Shown: positions 48,308-58,583, numbered from the stretch's first letter. The stretch is DNA of 64,000 nucleotides from Candidatus Dojkabacteria bacterium (GCA_025999215.1 AP024679.1:711457-775456); one strand, 5' to 3'. The notes: a model not told the origin generated them from the letters alone. Made by a program: numbers and translations.

Positions 48308-49459
48308 TTATTTATTTTTTAAGATCTTTTTTTCAAATTTATTTCTAGACCTTAAAAATGTTTTTTTTGCTAATTTAATGTTAGCTTTATCGATCTTTGG
48401 TTTTGAATTTAAAGATTTTAAAATATTTTGAAATAGCAAATCCAATTTTGCATAGTCTATTTGTGTAGCAACCAGAGCACTTACCAACAAGCTTAAACCA
48501 ATTAATAATCTAGAGTTATCGCTGTCAAAAATCGCAGTCTCTGGAATCTCAGGCTTTTCATTAATTACATTACACAAACTTTCATCACAGTCAAACCCTT
48601 GCGTACATTCAGTAAGAACACACCTACCATTTGAACAAACATTTCCTTCTGGACATTGTTGAGAATTAACACAAGTATCTCCACAGAATTTAGGTGCTTC
48701 ACAACTTCCGCCTACCGCTTGGTTACAATTTGGATTACTGGTATAACCTGCTGGACAAGTTTCAGCTTGAAATGTTTGCGATTCACAAGCATCTCCATCC
48801 CCTTCTTGTGGAGTACACCTATAACAAGTGATTTCAGGTGTTTCAGGTGGTTGACATTCAAAACCTCCACTACATCTACATGTTGCAGCAATTGGGTTTG
48901 GATCAGATACATTGTTAACAATGTCAATCTGTACACACTTGCAAGGCGCATATGGATCATAGGTAGCACCAGGATTAAGGTTTTGAACACTTAAACTATA
49001 ACCTGGTTCATTTGAATCTTGCTCACTCACGAAACAATCGCTAAATTTAGTATCTGTACCGTAATAATTTTTCTCAAATCTTTTTACAATCAAGCTACTT
49101 GAACACGCCTGAGTTGTTCTAAGGGCTCCACCTACATTCGTAATTGAACAAGAGGGACCTGCGCCAGGAGTCCCAGTTGTTGAACAAAATACTTGAGGAT
49201 CAATATTTGCTTGTCTTACCCCTCCCTTGTCTGCGCAATAAATTCTCGCTCTTTCATTACACTCAAAGGGCGAATTTCTATCGTCTCCTGCTTCGCTTCC
49301 ATCATTACATAAAATCCTTCCACAACAATATGTACTTGCACTACTATCATCAGGAGCTGTATCCTCTTGTAATAGCATAAAACCAATGTATACAGAAGCT
49401 ACCCCTAACAATAAAGTTAGCACAGTAAAAATCGCAATAGCTATCTTTCGTGAACTCAT
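48308..49459 (-). CDS. Cysteine-rich secreted/surface protein (about 40 Cys) with an N-terminal signal anchor and a C-terminal hydrophobic segment plus Lys-rich tail
   Basis: 383 aa. The ectodomain is full of CxxC, CxC and C-x(4-8)-C spacings. Residues 330-345 (LLIGLSLLVSALVATQ) are followed by a K-rich tail. The ORF's coding GC looks higher than that of its surroundings. Confidence 0.5.
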   Translation of the reverse strand: MSSRKIAIAIFTVLTLLLGVASVYIGFMLLQEDTAPDDSSASTYCCGRILCNDGSEAGDDRNSPFECNERARIYCADKGGVRQANIDPQVFCSTTGTPGAGPSCSITNVGGALRTTQACSSSLIVKRFEKNYYGTDTKFSDCFVSEQDSNEPGYSLSVQNLNPGATYDPYAPCKCVQIDIVNNVSDPNPIAATCRCSGGFECQPPETPEITCYRCTPQEGDGDACESQTFQAETCPAGYTSNPNCNQAVGGSCEAPKFCGDTCVNSQQCPEGNVCSNGRCVLTECTQGFDCDESLCNVINEKPEIPETAIFDSDNSRLLIGLSLLVSALVATQIDYAKLDLLFQNILKSLNSKPKIDKANIKLAKKTFLRSRNKFEKKILKNK

Positions 49460-49505
49460 ATTTTTAATATAATTCTTAATAATATAACAAAATTTTTAAA
49501 CAAAG

Positions 49506-51011
49506 TTAAACATCATTTTTTAATTTTTTGTAATACTCTTCCGCTTTTTGTAGCAGCAAATCTTTTGAATTTAATAAAGGATCATCAATTACTTCTTCAA
49601 TTAAAGCATTTAGTATTTTGCCAACAATAGGTCCTGCCGAAATTTTTAAGTGTTTCTTTATATCTTCTCCATTTATATCTAAATCCTTAATTGAAATTGC
49701 CATATCTTTTGATCGAACTTGTGCTATTCTCTCAGCTAAAGCATCAAGTTCTTTTGGGTTGAATTTAAAAAGTGGATTTGCGCTTGCATCAGCAATTCTT
49801 AGTTTCATTAAGTCTTCTACGGCATCCTCTCCACCTACATTTCTAATAAATCTCCTTATCGCTGCATCACTCCAACCGTGAGTATCTGTGTCGTCATGTT
49901 TTTCAAAAAAAGTTTTCTGATTTGGATCAAAACCTTGATCTATTTTTTCTTTACGCCAATCTGCACTGGGATAATAAAACATATGCCATCTTACAAGTTT
50001 ACTTACTCTTTCAATTTCTGATTTAGGAAATTTTAATCTTTGCATTATTTTTTTTGTGATTTCAGCCCCTTTAACATCATGCCCATAAAAATGAACTCCT
50101 TTTTCATCAACTGTTTTCGTAAAAGGTTTGCCAATATCATGGAAAAGCGCCGCCAGCTTGACTGAGTCTTCAGCAAAATCCACAGCGAGAATGGAATGTT
50201 CAAAAACATCGTAAGCATGAACTCCAGGTTGAGTTACACCAACACCTTCCACAAGCTCAGGTATAAAAATTTCTAAAATTCCGGTTTGTTGCATTAATCT
50301 AAGACCAGTAGATGGTTTGTTCGCTTTTCTTAGTAATTTAAGCAATTCATCTCTAAACCTTTCGACTGATATGTGTTTGGTCACATTTAGTGTTTTAGAT
50401 ATTGCGTTAAGTGTATTTGGTTCTATTGTAAAATTTAGTTGCGCTGCAAGCCTGCAGGCTCGAACTGCTCTTAATCCATCTTCACTAAACCTTTCTATAG
50501 GATTACCACATGCTCTTATAATTTTTCTCTTTAAATCACTAATACCATCAAATGGATCAATTAAGATTTGTTGAATAGAAATATCTGGATTATCAAATTC
50601 TTGCAAATTTAAAGCAATCGCGTTTATTGTAAAGTCGCGTCTTTTTAAATCATCATAAATATTTCTAGTAAATTCAATTTTAGATGGCCATCGTCCACCT
50701 ACATAATCTTCTTCACTCCTGTATGTTGTGATTTCTACGTTTCTAGTTTCACCTTCATCATCTTGTAATACAACAGTGATGGTACCAAATGTAGCACCAG
50801 TTGGAATTGATTTAGGAAATATCTTTTCAATTTCGTGAGGTAGAGCATTCGTTGCTACATCATAATCATCTGGAATTAAACCCAAAAGTATATCTCTCAC
50901 ACTTCCACCCACTAGATGTGCTTCAAAACCATGATTTTGCAACTCTTCAGCAATGTCTAAAATATACTTAGGAATTCTTTGTACAAATTCTGAAACTCTA
51001 AGTTCTAGCAT
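49506..51011 (-). CDS. cca: CCA-adding tRNA nucleotidyltransferase / poly(A) polymerase family with an HD domain
   Basis: 501 aa. The head domain is GGSVRD...DYDVAT, followed by an HD phosphohydrolase domain (HDIGKP). Confidence 0.8.
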   Translation of the reverse strand: MLELRVSEFVQRIPKYILDIAEELQNHGFEAHLVGGSVRDILLGLIPDDYDVATNALPHEIEKIFPKSIPTGATFGTITVVLQDDEGETRNVEITTYRSEEDYVGGRWPSKIEFTRNIYDDLKRRDFTINAIALNLQEFDNPDISIQQILIDPFDGISDLKRKIIRACGNPIERFSEDGLRAVRACRLAAQLNFTIEPNTLNAISKTLNVTKHISVERFRDELLKLLRKANKPSTGLRLMQQTGILEIFIPELVEGVGVTQPGVHAYDVFEHSILAVDFAEDSVKLAALFHDIGKPFTKTVDEKGVHFYGHDVKGAEITKKIMQRLKFPKSEIERVSKLVRWHMFYYPSADWRKEKIDQGFDPNQKTFFEKHDDTDTHGWSDAAIRRFIRNVGGEDAVEDLMKLRIADASANPLFKFNPKELDALAERIAQVRSKDMAISIKDLDINGEDIKKHLKISAGPIVGKILNALIEEVIDDPLLNSKDLLLQKAEEYYKKLKNDV

Positions 51012-51029
51012 TTGATTTATTGAAAAATT

Positions 51030-51557
51030 TTATAAAAACAAACCTTGTTCCATTTTATCCACTTCCTCAGCTGTATACAAATTTTTGGGATCGTCCAAAT
51101 ACTTTGTAAACAAGATTCCATCTAAATGATCAATTTCGTGCTGTATCAAATGAGAAAAATAATCATTAGCCTTTATTTTTTTTGTTTTTCCTGAAGGGTC
51201 TAAATACTCAACAACTACGGACTTTGGTCTGCTCACCAAACCATAGAGTCCTCCATTAGCAATACTCAAACAACCTTCCCAGTTCGTAGAAATTTTTTTA
51301 CTTTTTTTAATTATTTTTGGATTAATTAAAACTTCCCAATCGCTACCATCTCTATCAAGACGATTTACAACAGTAACGCGAAGTAGTTCTCCAATTTGAT
51401 TTGCTGCAAGCCCAGCAGAATTAGGCCCAGCATTTTTTGCTGTATCAAGTAAATCCTCTATTAAGTTTTGAACTTTATTTGAGGTAACATCCTTAACTTC
51501 TTGAGCTTTTTGTGTTAGAGTTGGAAAACCAAGTTGTACTATTTTTTTAATTGCCAT
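51030..51557 (-). CDS. def: Peptide deformylase
   Basis: 175 aa with the GLAANQIG, EGCLS and HEIDHL motifs. Confidence 0.85.
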   Translation of the reverse strand: MAIKKIVQLGFPTLTQKAQEVKDVTSNKVQNLIEDLLDTAKNAGPNSAGLAANQIGELLRVTVVNRLDRDGSDWEVLINPKIIKKSKKISTNWEGCLSIANGGLYGLVSRPKSVVVEYLDPSGKTKKIKANDYFSHLIQHEIDHLDGILFTKYLDDPKNLYTAEEVDKMEQGLFL

Positions 51558-51572
51558 AATACATTATAGCAA

Positions 51573-53015
51573 ATGAAAGATTCTTTTTTTGAAAAAAGAG
51601 TTATTAAGCTTAAGACCACTCAATATGAAGGTAAATCTGTGATTTACGTAATGTCTAGAGATCAGAGAATTCATGACAATCACGCGTTGCTTTTAGCGCA
51701 AAAATTATCAGAAGAAAAAAAGCTCCCTCTAATTGTTGCTTTTAACTTATACCCTAACGTAAAAAACAGAAATTTTAAGCATTATGAATTTATGCTTAAT
51801 GGTTTAAAAATTTTGCAACAAAACTTAAATGATTTAAATATACCTTTTGTTGTGAGTGTAGGTAAAGCGTTAGATAACTACAATTTACTAGAAAAACAAT
51901 TTGATCCGAGTGATATGGTTTTTGATTTTTCGCCATTGCGCGGACCAAAGAAAATAAAAAAGGTTTTTAGTGAGCAAAATAAAGCAAATGTTTATGTAGT
52001 TGATACTCACAATATTATTCCTGTTTGGGAAGCTTCTCACAAACAGGAATTTGCAGCTTATACCATTAGACCAAAAATTTTAAAACTCCTAGATAATTAT
52101 TTGGTTGAACCAGAAAAAATTTCTAAAAATAATTTTTTCTGGAAAGGCGAAGTTTCACCTAGGCTATACTTTTTTGACAATTCAAATATTCAAGAACATG
52201 AAACACTATGGAATAAAATCTTTCAATCGTGTAACGCACTTAAAATACCAAATTATAGTTTTAGTTTCCGACCTGGAGAACAAGATGCTACAAAAAAATT
52301 AGAATTTTTTTTGGAAAATAAATTTAGTTCATACGGAGAATCAAGAAATAACCCTAATGAAAATTCAATTTCAAACTTAAGCCCATATATTCATTTTGGA
52401 ATGATTTCTTCTCTACGCATTGCTTTAGAAACAATTAAATTTTGCGAGGAAAACAATTTAGAAAACTCTGAGTCTAAAAAAAGTTTTCTTGAGGAGTTAA
52501 TAATCAGAAAAGAATTAAGTGACAATTATTGTTTTTATAACAATAACTATGATAATTTCAATGGCTTGCCTGATTGGGGAAAAGAAACTCTAAATTTACA
52601 CAGAAAAGATAAGAGGGAATTTGTTTACGATTTAGAACAATTCGAAAAAGCCCAAACGCACGATAAAGCCTGGAATGCTTCACAAATACAAATGATGAGC
52701 GAAGGCAAAATGCACGGTTACATGAGGATGTACTGGGCAAAAAAAATTTTAGAATGGAGTGAATCACCCGAAACAGCAATTAATGTAGCTATTTATCTAA
52801 ACGATAAATACAACTTAGACGGTTATGATCCAAATGGTTATGTTGGAATTTTATGGAGTATTGGAGGTCTCCATGATAGACCATGGTTTGAACGTAAAAT
52901 TTTTGGTAAAATAAGATATATGAACTACAATGGACTTAAGAGAAAGTTTGATGTTGATAGTTATATCAGGAAGTATTGTAAAATAAATACCAACACCCCC
53001 CAAACCTTGTGTTAA
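51573..53015 (+). CDS. phr: Deoxyribodipyrimidine photolyase, class II CPD type
   Basis: 480 aa. The N-terminal VIYVMSRDQRIHDNHALLLAQ is a class II signature, and a C-terminal FAD-binding helical domain follows. Confidence 0.8.
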   Translation: MKDSFFEKRVIKLKTTQYEGKSVIYVMSRDQRIHDNHALLLAQKLSEEKKLPLIVAFNLYPNVKNRNFKHYEFMLNGLKILQQNLNDLNIPFVVSVGKALDNYNLLEKQFDPSDMVFDFSPLRGPKKIKKVFSEQNKANVYVVDTHNIIPVWEASHKQEFAAYTIRPKILKLLDNYLVEPEKISKNNFFWKGEVSPRLYFFDNSNIQEHETLWNKIFQSCNALKIPNYSFSFRPGEQDATKKLEFFLENKFSSYGESRNNPNENSISNLSPYIHFGMISSLRIALETIKFCEENNLENSESKKSFLEELIIRKELSDNYCFYNNNYDNFNGLPDWGKETLNLHRKDKREFVYDLEQFEKAQTHDKAWNASQIQMMSEGKMHGYMRMYWAKKILEWSESPETAINVAIYLNDKYNLDGYDPNGYVGILWSIGGLHDRPWFERKIFGKIRYMNYNGLKRKFDVDSYIRKYCKINTNTPQTLC

Positions 53016-53026
53016 AATACTGAGAA

Positions 53027-54589
53027 TTGAGTAACCCTGACACATTTAAAAGTTCGATTACTTCAATACCTTTATCAAAGGAAAGGAAAAGTGAAGACTT
53101 TTATAATTTTTTAAAATTTTTAAGAGAAAATAATTACGATATAGATTATATAGACTTAAATTTTTTGGCTAGATTATTTTTTTTCTTCAAACATCTAGGA
53201 ATTTCTGCTTACCATCAAATTTATGAAGAAATACAAAGAATATTAAATTTTGATTTTATAAAATTTTTAATTTTTTTGGAAAACAATAATTTTAATTTTA
53301 ATAGTAAAAACGCCTTTGAAGAAATATATAACTTTGTACAACATAATATACCAAAAAGTCAACAAATACATGAACTGTATTTGGAATTTCTAAAAACTCA
53401 ACACATAACATTTAACAATAAAAGAGAATATATATTACACGATAAAGGGTTTTTCGAAATAGTTGATTATTTTCAAAAAACTTTTTATATTGATTTTTCG
53501 AGTGAAAAGTACACTTTGGTAAAACTTTTAATATTTTTGTTTAAAGATAATACTGCAAATACGGTCGAAAATTATGCTCAACACCTCATGGAAAAGAGAA
53601 TACAGAGTCTACAACTCTTACTTCTCTCAAATTTACCAGAAGACTTACTTAATAATAATATTTTAAGAAATATATTAACATCCGAAAAATTAACAACTTA
53701 TGTCATAGATTTATTACAAAATAATTGGGATCAAATAATCGACTCCTTTCCTGAAGACAAAAAAACTTCTTTAATCATAATGTTTAATTGGATTATTGAA
53801 TTGCTTAATACTAAGCCTCAAATTACTCAAGAAATAAAATTGTTTTATGAACAAACATTAGAACCTGAAAGAATTTTAATTAATAAAATAGTTTTAAAGT
53901 ATAATTCTGAACTCAACCAAGCTATCAGTAAATTTAAAAATCTCGATACTTACGAGATTTTTTTAGATTTTCTTAATGAAACTCAAGAAATTGATGAAAG
54001 AATAAAAAGCATATTAGAATATAACGAGTGTTACGATCCCGCTGAATTGTATTCCTTGGTGATTTACGAAACTTATACATTTCAAGCTGATATCAAAGAT
54101 TTTTTATACAATTTTTTTGATACTGAAGAACAAACTGAAATAAATTCATTATTTATTAATTTGTTTTTTGAGTATATTTTTTTAAACTTAGATATTAATA
54201 TACTATCAAAACTTATACAAGGAAATATTATTGTTACGAGAAAATTTTTAAGTTTCGTTGAAAGTAAAATTATAAATGGAGTCTTTAAAGATTACTTAAG
54301 TGAAAGATTAAAAATATGCTTTATTCATATTTTCAACCAAACTCAAATAACAGGAATACAACTTAAAATTTTAGAGGTTTCTTTTGAATGTTATAAAAAA
54401 CGTAAAATTAGTAGTGAAGATTTTAAAGCTTTTATAAATTTTGTTAAGAAAAATTGCGACACCAACAATCTTGTTAGGTATGCAAATATGATGTATTTAA
54501 GTGGATATACTTCGTCAATGTATTTACATGAAAGTAATGAATTTATTGATTTCATAAACCGTAACCTCGGAGGTATATCTTTTAATTAA
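53027..54589 (+). CDS. Hypothetical protein (orphan, N/F/I/K/L-rich, soluble)
   Basis: 520-aa ORF with no recognisable motif. Its composition is biased but not purely repetitive. Confidence 0.4.
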   Translation: MSNPDTFKSSITSIPLSKERKSEDFYNFLKFLRENNYDIDYIDLNFLARLFFFFKHLGISAYHQIYEEIQRILNFDFIKFLIFLENNNFNFNSKNAFEEIYNFVQHNIPKSQQIHELYLEFLKTQHITFNNKREYILHDKGFFEIVDYFQKTFYIDFSSEKYTLVKLLIFLFKDNTANTVENYAQHLMEKRIQSLQLLLLSNLPEDLLNNNILRNILTSEKLTTYVIDLLQNNWDQIIDSFPEDKKTSLIIMFNWIIELLNTKPQITQEIKLFYEQTLEPERILINKIVLKYNSELNQAISKFKNLDTYEIFLDFLNETQEIDERIKSILEYNECYDPAELYSLVIYETYTFQADIKDFLYNFFDTEEQTEINSLFINLFFEYIFLNLDINILSKLIQGNIIVTRKFLSFVESKIINGVFKDYLSERLKICFIHIFNQTQITGIQLKILEVSFECYKKRKISSEDFKAFINFVKKNCDTNNLVRYANMMYLSGYTSSMYLHESNEFIDFINRNLGGISFN

Positions 54590-55356
54590 GTGTTTGGAGA
54601 GAGTTGATTGTTTATAAATAATTTCTTTATAGAATAAAAAACTCTTGTTTAATTGTTGTTTAAGATTAGTAAAGCTTCTGACATAAATCTTCAAAATTAA
54701 GTATTTCATCTAAAAGATAGCTAGTTCGTTTAACATCAAATGTACACAAGTTTTCGATTTTTTCAAAATCCATTGCAGTTTTCTTCTCTGTTATATGTGA
54801 TTCAACTGAAAATTTTGAAGAAGAAACCATAAGGTACACACTCTTCACATCAAAAATGACTTGATAAGTGAAAGTTATAGCTAAAGTTTTTGATTTAATC
54901 TACAAAAAAACAACAAAATATATTTATAAATTTATAATCCCTTAAAGCATAGCACAAAAAATAGTTAGAATTATGAAAGTTATATTTTTCCAATCTAGGT
55001 TGTAAATTATTTTGGATAGGATTGAACTTTAACTAACTGGATTGTATCAGGTTTTACTACAACACTAAAGTACAGAATAAAGCATTGCGTGGTACATTGC
55101 AAACTAAGATTTTACAACTTTTCGATATTTTCAACAAAATCAAAGTTATCTTTGAAAACGATGCTGGTTATACAACTTCGGGATTGACTCTAGCGGTCTA
55201 ACATGTCCGGCGTTAGTAACAGACTAAAATTAGCATAGGGTCAAATAGAAGGCAAAAGTTCTTTGTATTTTTCTACCTTTTCCTCTTTTGTCATAGCTGC
55301 ATAACGCGGTGATGGGGAAGGTAGATAAATTAATTGTACATCTGGATGATTTTCAA

Positions 55357-55762
55357 CTAAGTGTTGGAATTGTTTTTGTATTGACTTTCGATATATCTAC
55401 TAGAAAAATACACAGCCTTAATGCCAGATTTTACTAAGTTTTCTAAATTAGGATTGTGGGAAATTATTTCCAGATGGTTATCAAGGCTTGATTGCTTTGT
55501 TCTCTTACATTCGTAGATTATGTCTGTTATTCCTAACCCTAGCCTTTCGCATAACTGCATCTTTTGATCTTTAGTCTCTAATGTCAAATTGTATACTTGT
55601 CCTATTAACTTCCAGAATGGGTTTCTTCAGTTTGAATAAAACCAATTATAATCATTATTTTTAGCAATGAAATTAGATGTAAAGCTACCTAGCAGAAGGT
55701 ATTTGAAGTTCTTAGGAACAAAGTCTCCAAATTTGTGAGTTTCAATTCTAATGTTATCCATT
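55357..55762 (-). pseudogene. UDG-superfamily DNA glycosylase (hypoxanthine/mismatch DNA glycosylase-like) with one in-frame TGA
   Basis: From the ATG near 55762 the sequence is MDNIRIETHKFGDFVPKNFKYLLLGSFTSNFIAKNNDYNWFYSN*RNPFWKLIGQVYNL..., continuing as the track ORF 55357..55587 (...ERLGLGITDIIYECKRTKQSSLDNHL...). The LLLGSFPS, Y-x-x-x-NxFW and G-x-D family motifs are present, and a single TGA interrupts the N-x-FW block. Coordinates are approximate to 1 nt. Confidence 0.55.
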
Positions 55763-55926
55763 GGATTGTAACCATTTGCCTAACTCATCCCATGCATCTC
55801 CCCATACAGCAATTTCTCTTCGTCAGTCATTTCTGCAAGTGTTTTATGTTCATCTTTGACTAAGAATATTTTGTCATAACTCCAACCATTTTCGCCCCTT
55901 TCTTCTTGTATTATTGTGCCATACCC

Positions 55927-56306
55927 TCATGACTGAAATATTTCAGTTTTTTCTCCATCAGTATATGCAATTGTTCTTTGAACATATGCGGAATTATTAG
56001 GAATATTTTTAGTGAGGTCCATTAAACCTTTCTCACCAATAGTTTCTAATATGTATTTCGTATACACTCCTGGAAAATCTTTAAGATCTTCGATAAATAG
56101 ACCTGAATCCATCACTGTGAGAGCTTTTGAGTTTCTTTGAATGCTTTCTCTGCTTTATCTATTGCTACTTGAGATGGATCGTTAGATTGAATCTCATCCA
56201 ACTTGACCTCAACGCTCTTTACGTCAATCCCAAATTTCTCTAAGACAGAAGATGCTGAAGCAAGTTTGTGTTCGTTTATTGTTGTAAATAGTATTTCTTT
56301 AATCAT
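55927..56306 (-). pseudogene. Non-canonical purine NTP pyrophosphatase (RdgB/Ham1 ITPase family), frameshifted
   Basis: The track ORF 56112..56306 (MIKEILFTTINEHKL...) corresponds to the ITPase N-terminus. The ORF 55927..56115 (DSGLFIEDLKDFPGVYTKY) carries the conserved DSGL...PGVYSARY block in a different frame. The 1-nt frame change lies at about 56112-56115. Confidence 0.55.
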
Positions 56307-56819
56307 TACTTAGGAACTTTAATAATTCTATTTTTATTATATCTCGAGTGCCTTCCCAACTTAAGTCTTTATCGATATCTTCAATAGGTTCAAATTTTCG
56401 ATACTGTTGCTCTCCACCTGGGTCGTTCACAAATTCGTGTATTTCTTTTACTTTTGTAACATAACGTAATTGAGTTGTGTGATATGTTTTATTTCCATCA
56501 TCATCCAAATCCCAAGAAATCATATTGAAAAAGGTTTGATATAACTCCCATCGATCACCACAGCAGTTTCTTCATACACTTCTCTTGCAAGTGTTTGTTC
56601 TGGTGTTTCTCTTTTTTTAATTGTTCCACCTGGTAATCCCCACCAATGCTTATCTGCGCTAACAAGTAAAACCTCGTTATTGGTATTGAGCACAATACCT
56701 AAACTTTGATTTGGAACGTTTGCAAGCTTTGAAAAATCAGTATCAAAATACTCTTCAAAGAGCATATCTTGCCCATTGAAATTTATTTTTGTTGAGAGGG
56801 TAGGTTTATTCGTCATCAT
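56299..56819 (-). pseudogene. Nudix hydrolase, frameshifted just after the Nudix box
   Basis: The ORF 56520..56819 ends 10 aa after the Nudix box GLPGGTIKKRETPEQTLAREVYEETAV. The remaining C-terminal fold is encoded in the overlapping ORF 56299..56523, in another frame. The junction lies near an A5 run (56527-56531). Confidence 0.5.
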
Positions 56820-57410
56820 AATGAAATACTAAATTAACTACCTCATCTTCGAATTTAGGCTCATTGGTATCAGATATTCTATAACTGTGATCAGCCCCCT
56901 CAATTTCAATAACTCTAGCCTCAGATAATCCATTGCTATATAAATCCTTCCTAACTGCATCTGCATTTCCTAATCTATCATTTGAACCTTGAATGACTGT
57001 TAAATTACCTTTGAAACCGGATAGATCAATATCTCCCAAAACATATCCAGGTATTACAACTTCAATTTTCTTCTCATGTAAATCTTTTTGATTATTCTGC
57101 AAGTATTTAGCTAATACTATATCTCCAAGTGATTTTGCTATAAATTTAATCTCTTTAAAATTAAATTGACTGATAAAGTTAATTATCTGTGCGATAGTCT
57201 GTTGCTCTTCTGTTAAATCTTCTCCTGAACTATTTTCCTCACCTCGATCTAAATACGGAAAGTTGAAGGTGATTGTACTTATACCGCTAGCAGTAGATTT
57301 TTTATAGAGTTTCTCCATAAAGGGAGTTCAATCCCTTTAGAACCGCCATGAATAATTATATTGATAGCATTACCCTTTGTAAAAGAGAATTTAAGTTTTG
57401 GAAAAATCAT
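56806..57410 (-). pseudogene. Alpha/beta-hydrolase (KANL3/Tex30-like), N-terminus in a different frame
   Basis: The track ORF 56806..57318 (…FNFPYLDRGE…GADHSY…) lacks its N-terminus. An upstream out-of-frame segment from the ATG at about 57410 encodes MIFPKLKFSFTKGNAINIIIHGGSKGIELPL, the expected HGG oxyanion-hole start of this hydrolase family. Confidence 0.45.
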
Positions 57411-57434
57411 AATACTTTTCAATATTGCAATAAA

Positions 57435-58583
57435 TTATCTTAATGTTATCTCTCCCCCAAAGTCAACTGAAAGCCCTTGTGTAATTCTCTCAACAAAGTT
57501 TTCCTGGGAATAATCTCTATTTATTAACTGCACTCCGTTTTCTCTAATACTAGACCAGATGCTTTCCTCAGTATAAAGTAGCCTTAGCTTATATGCGAAT
57601 TCATCTGGAGTATCGGCAACCATTGCGTTAATTCCATCGGTTAATCCAACCTGCCTAGCAATAATAGAGGTGGTAATCACTGGCATACCCATTGAGATGG
57701 CTTCGGTTACTTTCCAAGGTAATCCAGCAGCATATCTGGTCGGTGCAACGAATACACGCGAACTAGAATAAAATTGTGAGATATCTTCAACTCTCCCATG
57801 AATACGCACAAAGGTACTTTCTAGTTCCCTTACCCTCTTCGATGAGCAGATACCAATCAAATCTAAATGTCCTAATTCAGATATGTCATCACTTAAATAT
57901 GGTAGTACGTTATTAATAAACCATAGTATAGAGTTGCTATTAGGTGTGTCATCACCGTGCATTGCACCCACAAATAGTAACCCTTTTCTATTATTAAATG
58001 CATAACCCTTTTCCGATATTTCTAAAGATGGATGCCCAATAATATCTATTCTTACGTCTACAATTTGACTATTAACGAGAATTTGTCTCTCATGTTCTGA
58101 AACAACCCACACTGAGTTAGCATGTTTTGCATATTTCATCTCTTCTCGAATAATCCTTATTCTTTCCTTTAAAGCAACAGGATGTTCCAACTCCATTTTT
58201 GCAATTGTTCTTAAAGAACCAATAGCCTCAGTATCAAAAATAATTGGAATATTTATATTTAATCCATTTTCTATTAATTCTCCTACTCTCCTCATATTAT
58301 GTGCTCTAGATACTATGATCTTTTTAAACGCACTAGATTCCCTTCTGAGAAAGTCACCTAATCTTTCTTTGCTTTTGTCATCTGCTCTTAGAAATCTAAC
58401 ATTGGGATATTTATTTACAAATCTTTCATAGTATTCTGGATACTCATCAGGTTTAAGAGCGTAAAAAGTTACCGTCTTACCCAATATATTGCTAATCACA
58501 TGTAGGATATTTGAAGCTCTTGGATACCCAGCACCTAAAAACGGATAGGGTATTCGGTCTTCGATTATAAGTATTTCACTCAT
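57435..58583 (-). CDS. Glycosyltransferase family 4
   Basis: 382 aa. The C-terminal segment RVFVAPTRYAAGLPWKVTEAISMGMPVITT...GLTDG fits the GT4 (GT-B) donor-binding region. Confidence 0.75.
   Translation of the reverse strand: MSEILIIEDRIPYPFLGAGYPRASNILHVISNILGKTVTFYALKPDEYPEYYERFVNKYPNVRFLRADDKSKERLGDFLRRESSAFKKIIVSRAHNMRRVGELIENGLNINIPIIFDTEAIGSLRTIAKMELEHPVALKERIRIIREEMKYAKHANSVWVVSEHERQILVNSQIVDVRIDIIGHPSLEISEKGYAFNNRKGLLFVGAMHGDDTPNSNSILWFINNVLPYLSDDISELGHLDLIGICSSKRVRELESTFVRIHGRVEDISQFYSSSRVFVAPTRYAAGLPWKVTEAISMGMPVITTSIIARQVGLTDGINAMVADTPDEFAYKLRLLYTEESIWSSIRENGVQLINRDYSQENFVERITQGLSVDFGGEITLR

Noticed and set aside
54850-55260. Possible structured ncRNA (RNase P, tmRNA, SRP or 6S) in the long noncoding stretch
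   Set aside because: Conserved RNase P, SRP and tmRNA motifs were scanned for by eye across the whole window. None of the following was found: the GGAAAGTCCGG or AGGAAAGTCC P4 region, the tmRNA tag-peptide reading frame, or the SRP GGAA tetraloop helix. No extended self-complementarity was found. It is more likely decayed coding or intergenic DNA.
56299-56819. Treating the 99-aa and 74-aa ORFs as two separate small genes with an ATGA overlap
   Set aside because: The first ORF ends 10 residues after the Nudix box, so it cannot form a Nudix fold alone. The second ORF supplies the missing C-terminal fold. A single frameshifted gene is the better explanation.
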